Assembly (NCBI RefSeq): GCF_009914755.1
Contig: NC_060928.1
Strand: one strand, 5' to 3'
Origin: the human T2T-CHM13v2.0 reference genome, Homo sapiens
Length of the DNA stretch: 64,000 nucleotides
The notes beneath the pieces were generated by a model that worked only from the letters and a program-made list of their open reading frames with translations, did not search any database and was not told where the DNA came from. Below are positions 27,699-43,697 of this stretch, in pieces. The position numbers were made by a program, and so were the translations under genes. Position 1 is the first letter of the stretch; each line of letters opens with the position of its first letter.

Positions 27699-28828
27699 CT
27701 TTTCCCAAGTCTCATCTTAATGGAAAGACGATGGGCCAGGCTGCCACCTCCTAAGCCTTTCAGTGCCCAGGGAGTCATTGTCTCCCAACTGGGCCCTCAG
27801 TTTACAGTTTTAACATGAGATCATTGCAACTCTGATGCTGAACTAGTGTTTAGTGTTTAAAAATAGCCTTTTTAGTAAAATGGTAAAAGTTAATAAGTGA
27901 TCATGAAATAATTTCATCTTTTCCTTAATGAAATCAAGTGTGCATTCACAAAATTCATTTGGTCAGTGTAATTACTTTCTTGAGTTCTATGTGCATGGCA
28001 AATGAAAAATAATGTTGTACGAAACTTAAGAACCTTCCAAAAGGTGCCTGAGTATGTGATTTTGTGTTTAACACTGCACTGCAAGGCCCACAGGTATCAG
28101 ACAAATATAATCTTAATGAAAAAATTTTGATAGGTGTTTTTAAACACTCAAAACCTCTGCTTATGAAAGCTTCTCTAATATTTCTCAATTCAATGTTTAA
28201 GCACTACCTTATTTGCTCATAAATAAAAATATTTTGTCTTTGATATTAACATTTTATGTATTTCTGGGTAATTTATTTATCTAGTGATAAGTGTGATTTC
28301 TAAGTTCTGTACAGCTTTATTCAGGTTGATGAAATACAGTCATAGAGATCTTATTTCAGGTCTTGCCTCTAAGACCTTGGGCTCTGTTCTGATTAGCACA
28401 AGGGAGAGTGGGAGCTTAGCAACTATAAGTAGGACTTTGAGAGAGAAGTATAAAATGAATAGGGACAGCATTGTCCTGGACATCCCTTTCCAAATTCAGT
28501 CTGAGCATCCCACATCTGACATCTTGGTATGTTTAAACTCTGGCATCACCCTAGGAAATAACATTTCTTGTCCACTGTTATCTACCTTTCAAATCAATAG
28601 CCCTGAAAGCCACTCTTCCTTGACTTGTGACAAGAGTTAACACAAGAGTCTTTTTCCACCAAACTATTTATCTGACACTAAGGACAAGTCCTTCTGTCAG
28701 ATGAGACAATAAAATACTGGTAATGTTACAGTGTAAATTTGTGGTGATTTAGCCTTCAATAAAAACTATGGTTTTACAAAGCATATTTAGACCACTTCCA
28801 ATTTTATTGTTTTATATATCATGAAGTA

Positions 28829-28833
<5 letters not shown>

Positions 28834-28860
<27 letters not shown>
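28834..28860. repeat. (AC)n microsatellite
   Basis: About 13 uninterrupted AC units. Confidence 0.97.
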
Positions 28861-28969
28861 GAGACACACAATCAAAATAGAATTTTTTACAATTTCATGA
28901 GAAGGGAATCAATCTTCAGATTGTTAAACACTAAAAGCACTCCTATGCTTGCCTGTAAGCTGGAATCAT

Positions 28970-29174
28970 TTTTTAAAATTTTTGGTAATAATCACATAAT
29001 ATGAAAACCACCTTATTAAAAAATGTTTAAGTAAGTATACAGTATGGTATGGTTATCTGTATGCATATTGTTGTACAGCAGATCTCTAGATTTCATCTTG
29101 CATAACTGAAACTCTATAGCCATTGCTTGGATGAAGGAGAAACAGGAAATTGGTGTGCAATGGTAATAGAGCTT
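28970..29174 (-). mobile_element. L1MA9/MB-like 3' end with a short inverted segment
   Basis: gttgtacagcagatctctaga...cttgcataactgaaactctat; 29126-29174 is the next L1 segment in the opposite orientation. Confidence 0.65.
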
Positions 29175-29889
29175 AATAACTTTGTGTTGATTTTTGTATA
29201 TGATAGGGTTCTAGTTTCATTCTTATGAATGTGGATATCCAATTTTCCCAGCAACACTTATTGAAATGATAGTTCTTTTCCAATGTGTGTTCTTAGCCCC
29301 CTTGTTGAAAATCAGTTGGCTGTAGATGTATGGATTTACTTCTGAGCTCTCTATTCTGTTCCACTGGTCTATATGTCTGTTTTTATGCCAGTATCATGTT
29401 GTTTTGGTTACTATAGCTTTATAAGTTTATTTTGAAATCAGATAGCATGATACCTCTAACATTTTTTCTGTTTGCTCATGATTGCGTTGACTACTTGAGA
29501 TCTTTTATGGTTCCATATGACTTTTAAGATTCTTTTTTCTATTTCTGTGAAGAACGTCATTAGTATTCTGATAAAGGTTGTATTGAATTTGAAGATTGCT
29601 TCAAATTATTTGTCTTCTATTCCATTTTTTTTCACCAATGTTTTATAGTTTTCAGTGTAGAGATCATTCACCTTCTTGGTTAAATTTATTCCTGGCGATA
29701 TTTTTTTTTGTAGCTATTATAAATGAGATTTTTTTTGTGTGCTATCAGCATATAGATACACTACTAATTTCTGTAGGTTAATTTTGTATCCTGCAATTTT
29801 ACTGAATTCACTAGTTCTAACAGTTATTTTTGATGCATTATTTAGGGATTTCTATATATAAAATGATGTCATCTGCAAAAAAAAGATAA

Positions 29890-30215
<326 letters not shown>

Positions 30216-32177
30216 GCCTTTTATTTCTTTATCTTGTCTAATAGCTCTAGCTATGACTTCCAGTACTAAGATGAATAAAAGTGGTGAAAGTAGGCATCCT
30301 TGTCTTGTTCCAGATCTTTCAACTTTTTCCTGTTCTGTATTATGTCACCTGTGGATTTATAATATATGGTTTTTATTGGGTTGAGGTACATACTTGCTAT
30401 CCCTAATTTGTTGAGAGTTTTTATCATGAGAAAACATAGAATTTTCTCAAATGCTTTTCTGCATTTTTGAAATAATTGTATGTTTTTTGTCCTTTATTCT
30501 GTTAATGTGATGAGTCACACTTGATTTGCATATGTAGAACCATTATTGTATCCCTAGTGTAAGTCCCACTTGTTGTGGGACTTTTTTACTGTGAGTGACT
30601 GTGACTTTTTACTGTGCTATTTAATTCAGTTTGTTAGTATTTTGTTGAGGATTTTTGCATCTGTGTTCATCAGAAATAATGACCTATAATTTTCTTGCTT
30701 TGTTATGTCCTTGTCTGATTTTGGAATCAAAGTAATTCAAACCTCATAGAATGATTCAGGAAGAATTTCATCCCTTCAACTATCTGAAATAGTTTGGGAA
30801 GAATTGGTATTAGTTCTTTAATGATTTGGTAGAATACAGCAGTGGAGGTGTCAGATTCTGGGCTTTTCATTGCTGGATGAATTAATTATTGATTCAGTCT
30901 TGTTACTTGTCATTAGTCTGTTCCAAAGTTCTACTTCTTCATGCTTAAATCCCGGTAGCTTGTATGTGTCCAGGAATTTATCCATTTCTTGTCTCTTATG
31001 ATCCTTTGTATTTCTATTGCATCAATGGTAATGTCTCCTTTTTAATCTCTGGTTCTATTTATTTCTCTTCTCTTTTTTCCTAGTTACTCTGGCTAAACAT
31101 TTGTCAATTTTATCTTCTCAAAAAAAAAAAAAACTCTTTTGTTGATCTTTTGTATTGTTTTTGTCATCTTTATTTCTTTTACTCTTGCTTTGATATTTAC
31201 TATTTCTTTCCTTTTAGTAATTTTTGGTTTAGTTTGTTCTTGTTTTACTAGTTTCTTGAGGTGTAATGTTAACTTGGTTGTTTAAGCTCTTCCTGGATTT
31301 TTTGACATTGATGCTTGTTGCCATATACTTCCCTTTGAGTACTGCTTTTGCTGTATCCCATAGGTTTTGATATGTTGTATTTTCATTTTAATTTGTCTCT
31401 AAAATTTTAAAATTTTGCTTTTAATTTCTTAGTTGACCCATTGGCCACCAAGAGTGTGATGTTTAATTTCCATGTGTTTGTATAGTTTCCTGCTTTTACT
31501 GATTCTAGTTTCATACACTGTGATTGGAAACAATACTTAATATACTTTTAATTTTTAAAAATTCATTAAGACTTGTTTAGTAGCCTGTCGTATGGTCTAT
31601 TCTGGATAATGTTCCATGTATATGAGAGGAATATTCTGATATATCCCTCTCTGCTACTTTTGGAATTCTATTAGGTTCATTTTCTCTAGAGTGAAGTTTA
31701 TTTCCAGTATTTTAAAATTAATTTTCTGTCTGGTTGACAGTGGAATACTGAAGTTTTCTACTATTATTGTGTAGTTATCTTTCTTTATATCTATTGATAT
31801 TTGCTTTATATATTTAGGTGCTTCAATGTTGAGAGCATATGTATTTAAAAGTGTTATGTCTTCTTGATTAATTATTCCCTTTATCATTAAGTAATATTCT
31901 TTCTGTCTCTTGTGACAGTTTTCAACTTGTAGTCTGTTTTATCTGACTTCAATATAGTCACCCGTGCTCTCTTTTGATTACCACTTGCATGGGTTGTCTT
32001 CTTCTATCCTTTTACTTTCAGCAAATATTTGGCCTTGAGGCTAAAATGGGTCTTTTGGAGGCATCGTATAGTTTGATCTTGTTTTTTTAATCCATTCTGC
32101 TTTTCTGTGTCTTTGATTGGAGAATTTAATCCATTTATTTTCAAAGTAATTATTGATATGTAAAGAGTTACTACTGA

Positions 32178-32970
32178 TGTTACCGGGTGGTCCTTGCTCC
32201 CAGAGCTCCCAAGATGTTGGCAGGCTGATTCCAAAATGGCAGCAGGCTGCTTCCAAGATGGTGGCAAGCCTCGTGTTCTCTGACCTGGGGTTCTTGGCCT
32301 CATGGATTCCAAGGAATGGAATCTTGGGCCATGTGGTGAGTGTTATAGCTCTATTAGAAGCTGTGGGTCACAGAAGAGAGCTGGGGAACCCAGTGACTAG
32401 TGTTCAGCTCGATTAGGACGAACCTGGGCACTTAGCCGTGCAGGAACAATGGTAAGCCTTTAGCCTGATCGGGAGCGGCAATGGGTGCCTCCCCGGATCA
32501 GGAGCACAGTGGACACCCTGGGACAACCTGCCAGATCTGGAGGGATGGAAGTCAGGGGCGGGTCTGAGATGTCAGCAAACAGCAGTGGTGGACAGCAAGA
32601 CAAAAGCTCAGCTCCAGCCTTAACGAACACAGAGCAGAAGAGAGTGCATTTGCAAGATTTAATAGAGTGAAAACAGAGCTCCCATACAAAGGGAGGGGAC
32701 CCAAAGAGGGTAGCCGTTGCTGGCTCGAATGCCTAGGTTTATATCCCGATCATTGTCCCTCTCCCAGTGCTTTCAGGCAATAGATGATTGGCTATTTCTT
32801 TACCTCCTGTTTTTGCCTAATTAGCATTTTAATGAGCTCTCTTTACTACCTGATTGGTTGAGTGTGAGCTAAGTTGCAAGCCCCGCGTTTAAAGGTGGAT
32901 GCGGTCACCTTCCCAGGGAGGCTTAGGGATTCTTAGTCAGCCTAAGAAATCCAGCTAGTCCTGTCTCTCA
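32178..32970 (-). mobile_element. Solo LTR17 (HERV-W LTR), full length, 793 bp
   Basis: Minus strand starts tgagagacaggactagctggatttc and ends gagcaaggaccacccggtaaca; 4-bp TSD ctga (32174-77, 32971-74); CCAAT, tataaa and attaaa present on the minus strand. Confidence 0.95.
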
Positions 32971-34109
32971 CTGACATTTTGTAATTTGTTTTCTGGTTGG
33001 TTTGTTGCTCTTTCCCCCCTTTATTACTCTCTTGTTATTTATCTTTTTGATGTCCTGATTTTATGTAGTGCTAAGCTTTGATTCTTTCATATTTATCACT
33101 TTTGTATCTGCTATAGTTTTTGGCTTTGTGGTTGTTATGAGGCTTACATAAAATATTCTATTGTTTTAACAGACTATTTTACACTGATAACAACTTAACT
33201 TAATTTGCATACAAAACCTCTAGATTTTTACCCTCCCTCCCACAATTTATATTTTTGATGTCACAATTTACATCTTTTTATATTATGGAATTTTAAAAAC
33301 TTATTGCAGCTATCATTATTTTTGAATCTTTTGACTTTTAACATTTATACTAAAGATATATGTACTATTTATAGAGCACCATAACAGTCTTGGGGATTCT
33401 GAATTTGACTGTATATTTACCTTTACCTGAGAATTTTTTACTTTCTAAAATTTTTATGTTATATCTAGTGTTCTTTTGTTTCTACTTGAAGAACTTCCTT
33501 AAGAATTTCTTCTAGGGAAAATCTAGTGGTGATGAATTATTTGACCTTTGCTTGTCTGGGAGAAAGACTATTTCTCCTTCATTTCTTAAGGATAGCTTTG
33601 CTGGATATAGTGTTCCCAAGTGGCAGGGTTTTTTTTGTTTTTGTTTTTGTTTCCAGAACAATGAATATGTAATCTCATTCTCTACTGGCCTGCAGAGTTT
33701 CTGCTGAAAAATCCACTGATAGTCTGATGGAGATTACCTTATGCATCCGACTTGATGTGTTTCTCTTGCTTCTTTTAAAATTCCCTGTTTGTCTTTACCT
33801 TTTGACAGTTTAATTACAAATGCCTTGTTGAGGACAATTTTTGGTTGACATTCAAAAATATTAATAGAAATCTACTTCACACATAATCTTAAATGAGAGA
33901 TTATTAAGAATCAAATATTTCACTTGAATTTTGCTAAAAATAACAAATAGTGTAAAGGCATACTGTAATATTTTTTCTGTTCTGCAAAATTTGAGTTGCC
34001 ATACAAAGATGATTAGATTCTGTCCACATAGGACTGGAAGGTGACATATTTGAAACAGAGAAACAGAAAAGTTCAAGTTTGGAGAGAATCAAACCCATAG
34101 TTTATTACA

Positions 34110-34350
34110 GCAGGACAAAGCTGTGTCTGGGTGGGGAGGGTGGGTGAAGTACCTCTAAGGCTGCTTGACCCCATGGATAGGGTGTAGTAGGAGCTGGAGG
34201 TTTGGCTGGGGGATGTCAGGCCACTGGGCCAGGGTAGTTCAGCAGTAGCTAAGCCTCAAGGGTAGAAGGGTACAAAGGCCATACACTGCTACAACAGAAC
34301 ACACTGCTACAACAGAACACACTCCAACAGTACTTCCAACTCTCAGTCCC
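34110..34350. other. GC-richer island, possibly an old L1 5'UTR piece; contains a G4 motif and an 18-bp tandem duplication
   Basis: gggtggggagggtggg at 34129-34144; acactgctacaacagaac twice at 34283-34318. Confidence 0.5.
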
Positions 34351-36856
34351 TCAGGACTGAGTTGAAATTGCATACTTCCTCTTGCAAAAATGATTCCTGA
34401 AATTGTGCAGATAAATTACTCTTCAAAATTGTTTTTTTTTAAGGAAAAAATACAATATCAGTACAAACTTACTGTATAGTTCACTGGCCCAAAATAAAGC
34501 ACTTGCTGAGGAAAATTAACAAGCTATACTTGAATCCATCCCATATTTATTAACTGATGTTAGTCTGTGAAATACTTCATCTTACCATTATGTAATGTGA
34601 GTATAATAACATTGCAGAAAGGATGTTTTCATTAAAAACATGTGGTTATCTTCAACTGAAGTAGATTACATGCAAGGAAAGTTCTATGTGCTTTATTATA
34701 TTAGTACAAGTAAGGTTATATCAAAAAAGTAATACATAATGAAAAATTTTAATTGGATCTACTGCTTTTCAAATATTCATTTTTTAATCAATTTGCTTTA
34801 ACTAATAGGCTACCGTGATAAGCTGCTATTCTGCTCATCACAAGGAGTTAGAGTCCTAATTATTTAAATAAACAGAAGGAAGAAAGGAAGGAAATTAATT
34901 TTGACAAAGGACCTGAATAATCCATAAACCAGATGCCTTTAGGTATGAAATTATAAAAGTTTTATTAATCCTTTAGTGTAAGTTATATTTTTATTTGTGT
35001 GGGTTGATTTTTCTCACATTCACTTTTTTATAGTTGCTTTATTATTATGTAAATTAATTTTTATGTTTGAAAAAATACAATATTTAAATATTTATAAACA
35101 GGTACCTATTATAAAATCTATAAACATATTAGCAATTTGCTATATAAAATATTTCTTTTACTCAGAAAAAAATATTAATCCTTAATTTTTAGATCAAATG
35201 TATTAAAAGCAATTCAGCAATAACTAGAGGAAAACATTCAACTTCAGTGCCTGAAAAGATTCATATTCAGTTCTTGTAAATTGTTGTTTTCCAGCTATTG
35301 AAATATTTTGAATTTTATATTTACAGGAACCTTAGAACTATTAAATATAAAACATTAAGGACTAAGTTTAATAGCATTTTGTGTAAATGTGAAAAATTAT
35401 GTAGGCTTGGTACTTGATTTATTAAGATTTCATTTAAAACAGCTCATGTTCATTCGTCTGAATACTTATTACTGAACAGATTTCTTGGATCACGAGTTCT
35501 CTGTCTACATTTATGCATTTTACACAAGCTGTTGGCTTTGAACACTAGGAAATGTTTATAAAAAACTAACAAAAATAATTATAGTTTTAATGTCACTGCA
35601 TTTTTATTTGAAGTTGACTGGATGATGTTGAATAGCTCTAAGTTTTATAAACGTACTTTTTATCTTTTCAAAATTAATATTAACAAAATAAATTTAATCT
35701 CAGTGAAATGATTTATAAAGTTTTATACTATTTTATTTATTTAAAGGCTCCTGAAATTCATTCTGAATGTATCGGCAGAATAAATACAATTATATATGAT
35801 TATTTTCATTGACTTTAGAAAGCAACAGAATAATTATTCCTTGCACATTTTAAATATGCTACAGACTTCAGACATATGTTTTAAATAATCATCAGTATTA
35901 TCATTTTCAAAATTAACTTCCTTATTATTATCATCATTTTTTCTATCACCTTTGCCACAATTATGACTGTGGTAGTAGCTATTGCACATTTTAGACCATA
36001 TAACAAAAAAATTAATTTCTTCCTAACACAATTACGTATCATGGCTAATAGCTGTTATGATGTTGATGTTCTTTATATATACACATATATATGCATTGTT
36101 AATAGTGTATGTACATACTCTTTAAAAATACAAAAGGAAATTTCTGCTCAAATACATAAAATGTACTGTCCTATGTTCTTTATATGCAGATATAAATTAC
36201 ATGTCCCTAACTTCAGCCACTTCCCACTTAATTTCTAGCAGGGAAGATATGGTGTTAGAAAGATTTGTAGTTGTAGCTCTTTGATTTTCTTTAGTTAAAT
36301 AGTTAGATTTTTATTTAAAGTGTGAGTTAAGCATTTTCATGTATTAAAGTGGGAATAAGGGGAGGAGAGTTTGCATATAGGAGAGAAGAAAATGACAAGG
36401 AAAAATCTTGTAGAATACAGGAAGGAATAAAGTTCATAGAAGAGAAACTGGTCTAAGTCTGAAAAGTACCTGCCTCCCGAGGAGACTTAATATTGGAGTA
36501 ATAGGAATAAATTAATAAACTGATAAGATAATTGAGGGAGAGCATAATCAGTATACAAGGGCAAAAAATTGATGACTTTCTATGTCATGGTCTTTATTTT
36601 CTTAGTGAAAACGAAGTAAGATCAGCTCTGGATACCTCCTAACTCTTCCCCTCCTTCTCCTGATGAGGGAGAAGTGGAGGCCCGAGGAAAATGAGCAAGT
36701 TTTGTAACAACACGAATGGGGAAGGATGGGAAAGAGAACAGAATCGGTGGAGGTAAAAGGTCTAGAAACTTCACTAAAGACATTGTACATTAAACCTTGA
36801 TCTTCCATTGTATCCCTGTTAATTGAAAATTGAATTTATGCAGGAAAAGTATTCTT

Positions 36857-36985
36857 TTTTTAACTTCTATTTTTAAGTTCAGGGGTACATGTGCAGGTTC
36901 GTTATATAGGTAAACTCGTGTAATGGGGGTTTGTGGTGCAGAGTATTTTGTCACCTAGGTGTTAAGTCTAGTCCCCATTAGTTAT
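36857..36985 (-). mobile_element. Extremely 5'-truncated L1PA (PA13-like) 3' end
   Basis: ttaagttcaggggtacatgtgcagg...taggtaaactcgtg; TSD caggaaaagtattctt / caggaaatgtattctt (36841-56, 36986-37001). Confidence 0.85.
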
Positions 36986-37257
36986 CAGGAAATGTATTCT
37001 TAACCTGTCATTTGAATATGTCAGAGTTTATAGTATCCAGGTTGCCTTACCTACAGGGCTAAATGATATTTCTTATTTCCAGGATGTATGAGAAGGGGAA
37101 AAAGTAAAGGAAGGTGCAGGAAATTCAGTAAAGTACATTTTGAGGGCTTCAATGAAATAACTTAGAAATTTGTCTAAGTTTGTCACATATTCTGGAATCT
37201 GACATTTGCTGTGTCTTAAGGCCAGTACTGTCTTCGTATTAACATTATGGTTTTTAA

Positions 37258-37259
<2 letters not shown>

Positions 37260-37290
<31 letters not shown>
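37260..37290. repeat. (TG)15 microsatellite
   Basis: Pure GT run. Confidence 0.97.
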
Positions 37291-37295
<5 letters not shown>

Positions 37296-37297
37296 AA

Positions 37298-37407
37298 TTT
37301 TTTTAAGAGTCTCACTCTGTCACCCTAGGCTGAATAACAATCATAGCTCACTGTAGTCTTGGATTCCTGTGTTCAAGCAATCCTCTTGCCTCAGCTTCCG
37401 GAGTGGT
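37298..37407 (-). mobile_element. AluJ/FRAM right-arm fragment
   Basis: gagtctcactctgtcacc...catagctcactgtag...tcaagcaatcctcttgcctcagc. Confidence 0.8.
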
Positions 37408-37544
37408 ATTTAATAATCTTTTCTAGGAACATTTGATTATTATGGTGATTTGATTCTGAATGTGGATGGAAAGGAGATGAAATAATTCATCTTATTTAGA
37501 AAGTCTCCAGTATATTAAACATATAGAACTATCAAATAATTGTG

Positions 37545-38530
37545 TTTTTTTCTCTGGGAAATCTCACTCATGAGCATGTTTTTTGTTTCAAATTAATACT
37601 TCGCACAATTCTTTCATCTATTTATTTAGCTCAGTACTCTACCACAAGCTTCAGACTTGCTTTTCTCACTCAAAGCATAGCTTTCCAAAACAAAACTACA
37701 CTTTCTCTAGTATTTCTTTTCTTAATAAATGGTACCACTGAAGCTAGAAAGCCATTGCCCTCCGTCTTTTCTTACCCTGCTTTGAATCAACTATCAAATC
37801 GGGTTGAATTTATCTCCAAATATGTAGGTTTTCTTCATCTCTCATTTGTACTACTAAGCTTCCTGAATTATCTCTTTATCTGCAATCTGGATTATGACTT
37901 CAAGTTACCATAATCCAACTTCCTTAGCAGGCAGAGTCATCTTAGCTAAAATTTATATTTGGCCATATTATTCCCTAGTTTATAGTCCTTAATTGCTTTC
38001 TACAACCCTTAGGGTAACATAACTTTTCTTAACATGGTTATCAAACACTGCATAATGTGGCATCTGCTTACCCTTTGGTTTTATTTCTTGTGACACTTCT
38101 AGTATGCTAAGCTCTTGCTCTACTGATGTGTAAATTCAATACCAATGTTTCAGACACCTGAGTCCTTTCTCATGCTGAACCCCCTCTGCTTGATATATTA
38201 CTTCCTAATCTTTATTTTCACCTACCTGGACCAACCCTTACTTTTTCGATAAATTTAAGTGTTGTAAATTCAAATGTTACTTCCATCAGAAGGTCTCCTT
38301 GACTGCTGATGTTGTTGGATGTCCCACTTTGCATTCTTACAGAGTACTGTACTTCCCCTATGACTTTGCTAATCAAATATTATTGTGATAATGTCCTATT
38401 TAATTCACTATTTCTTCTATACTGCTCTGTATGAGAGGACAGATCAAGTATACCACCTTCATCTCTATCATTTATTGCTATGCCTGACAATGTCTCTCAA
38501 TAAGTGGTCATTAAATGAATGTCTAGAATG
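37545..38530 (+). mobile_element. L2 3' region
   Basis: gcaggcagagtcatctt...tcaaatgttacttccatcagaagg...gcctgaca...taaatgaatg. Confidence 0.65.
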
Positions 38531-39830
38531 CTGTGAATTCAAATATAATAAGATAATAGATATTTTTATTTTTACTATTTCAGATTTCAATTTTTTCTCG
38601 GTGTGCTGTTTCAAGATACTTCCTTTTAATATTCTCATTTTTAGAACAAGTTATTTTCTTATGCCTCTATAAACAAATATATTTATAAATTAATTTATAA
38701 AATCAATTTTGGACTGTCTCTCTCATTTAAAATATTCCACACTGGGCTACTTTCAAATTTCAAATCTTATATCCATGGGTTCTATGTAAAGCTATTTAGA
38801 ATTTACTTTTGCTAATTTTTCATTACAGAAGACATCATCATGACTTATTGATTCTAAAAACACGAATTATTTTAGCTTACTGCTTGAGTTTTTTATTAAT
38901 TTAATAATAAATTTGGAATTTTGTTTGATATTGAGAGCATAGTAAACAACATTATCAACTTTGTGCTTGTTTTTCAAAATCCATATGATGATTTATAAGA
39001 CAAATAAGGTAAAACCTGTGCTTCCAGTTATGTTTAATAATGCACACTCCCAGCTTTTCTTCCCTTTCATAAGCAGATTTGTATCTGTTGCTTACTGCTG
39101 GAGACAGTAATCAATAATGATGAATAACAATGTATGTAATTCACTCAGAAGAGGCATATTACATGGACTTTAGAAGCGAATTACATGAAAATCCCCCCTG
39201 AAATGCCACAGGAGTCATTGATAAATGGGATCCTTAGAGCACAATATATGCCAGACTGGCTTTAGACAGCATAATGGTTTTGCCCATAAGTAAATAAGTA
39301 AATCTTTGTCATCACACATTGCTATTTTTTTTTAGACTTGCTCTTCAGTTATGGGCAACTGTGTACAAATATGCTATATTAATTTAATAGCCATTAAAGA
39401 AGAAAGAACGTATATACTTTCAAACTGATGATATGTGTCAAAAATAGAAATTGTCATGAACTTTAATTAAATGAGAGTTAATCAGAGCTCCCATTTATTG
39501 AGAGTAAGAATTATAATATACCTAAAATTTCTTGGGGGAAAACAATGAATAAAAATAGCCAAGACAAAAAATTAATAGAAAAGCTTCACTTTGAAAATAA
39601 ATATGTACTTAAGATGGAATTTTTTCTGTACTTAGAGTTCAAATTTAAATGTTCATGTAAAACTGAAGTGATATAACCTCAATGTCATAGATGTTGCTAC
39701 AGACCCACATCCCTTGCAAAGATATGTACACTTATTTCTTGAATGATATGTTGCCCTTTGGTAAGTATTCTCTAATTATCGACATGTGACTTTAATAAAC
39801 ATTGTGCCAGTCTTTAAAAGTACATACCTT

Positions 39831-40140
<310 letters not shown>

Positions 40141-41454
40141 TTATAAGAACAAGAAATAAGAGCAAGAAAATATTAGAAAATCTGTAATTTGTGTATATAT
40201 ACAAAATATACTTCATCTTATGCTTATTTCCCAACTTGGCATTAGAAATAAGTATCCAAGGTACTTCTGTTTTCTCTGTTTTGTCTTGTTTTTTCTACTT
40301 GGAAACTAATACTCAAAGACCTTGAGCCTTATTTAAAGGCAATCTACTTACTATACACTATATCTAATGGAAAGGTTAAAACATTTGTGATGATAAATAA
40401 CCCAAGCTACTAGCTACATTCCTTTAAATCGTTAAGAAAACGAGATACTTCAAAGTTAGTGTCTTAAAGAAAGGTTTTTTACAGGTAACTCCTTTCCATT
40501 ATGAGATTATGCCAACTTATTTTTGAAATTAAATCCCTATATAGATACAAGGAAAAATTGGAAAGGTTGGATTTTAATATCATAAAGAAATTTTAAAATT
40601 TCTCATTGTTTATTTACATAAATCTGTTTGACTATTTTCTTTTAGTCTCTTTCTTCCTTCCTTTCTTCTTCAATGACTTCTAAGTCAGTATTAGAAGGAA
40701 AGGGAGATATTGTGCCAAGAGTCTGAAATGATACTTTCCATGAGATAATATATATGATAAAAAACAAGAACTATTGCTGCAGATTGTTTTTATGCAAAAA
40801 AAATTAGAAATGACAGACTTTGTAAAAAATACAGACACTGACTTTAGATGATTTATTTAAACCATAAATATTTCAAACTGATCTTTAGATATCAACTTTG
40901 ATTTAAAAATAGTTTTTTTAATTTGCAATGACAAAGTGTAAATTTGCAATCTAATCTTCAGTGCATATATTTTTATAAAACAAGATGAGTCAAAGTATAA
41001 TTATTTTTCAATTTTTATTCAAAAACATTGTTTTGTGTCTTTTTCAATAGAAATATTTTATGATTTTCCATTAACTTAGGCTGAACCATTCAGTTACTCA
41101 ACACTTATGTATTGACCATCTACTATGTCCCAGAAACTGTAAAAGACATAGGAACAAATGATGTACAGTAAATTTCCTGTAAACCAGTAACCACGAATTA
41201 ATCATACAGCATCACAACTGGCAGGAACAGTGACAACATTCTAAAAGGGAAACTTGAAAGCAAAGCACACTTTTTTTAAAAAAGAATTAAGATGAATTAT
41301 TAATTCAGTTTCAGTTAATATGTGTACATATCTATATGCATAAACAAATATATAGACTGAAATACAACATATATAGGTATGGTATATTTCAAATGATTAA
41401 ATTTTTCTAAACCTTGTAATTGTGAATATTCTCAAAATCAGTTTATATTGAAAC

Positions 41455-43257
<1,803 letters not shown>

Positions 43258-43332
43258 ATATTGAAACATTTAATGCCATGTTTCTCAGAGTGTGACCCAC
43301 AAAATGTTGCTGATACAAAATGATATAAGTAT

Positions 43333-43697
43333 TTTCTTAGCTATCTTTCTTCCTTTTAAAACAGAACAGCTGAAACTGGGTAATTTATAAGAGACAAAAT
43401 TCATTTATTATATTTCTGGTGTCTGGGAAGTCCAAAGTCAAGGGGGTGCATCTGGTGAGAGCTGAAGGCAGCACAGTGTATCCCATGGCAAGGAGACTGA
43501 CAGTGCTAACATGCTAGCTCAGGTCTCTCTTCCTCTTATAAAGCCACGAGTTCCCTTCCCATGATAACCCATTAATCCATTCATGAGGGCAGAGCCTTTA
43601 TGATCCAATCAGCTCTTAAACCCTCCACCTCTCAATACTGCTACATTAGAGATTAAGTTTCAACATGAGTTTTCAAGGGGACATTAAAACCATACCA
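43333..43697 (-). mobile_element. MaLR LTR MSTC-like
   Basis: ctgggtaatttataa...gcatctggtgagag...gctcaggtctctcttcctcttataaagccac...aagtttcaacatgagtttt. Confidence 0.8.

Noticed and set aside
26400-27820. GC-richer region with 100-122 aa ORFs as a promoter or gene
   Set aside because: Mostly L1PB 5'UTR, CpG-depleted; the ORFs are incidental
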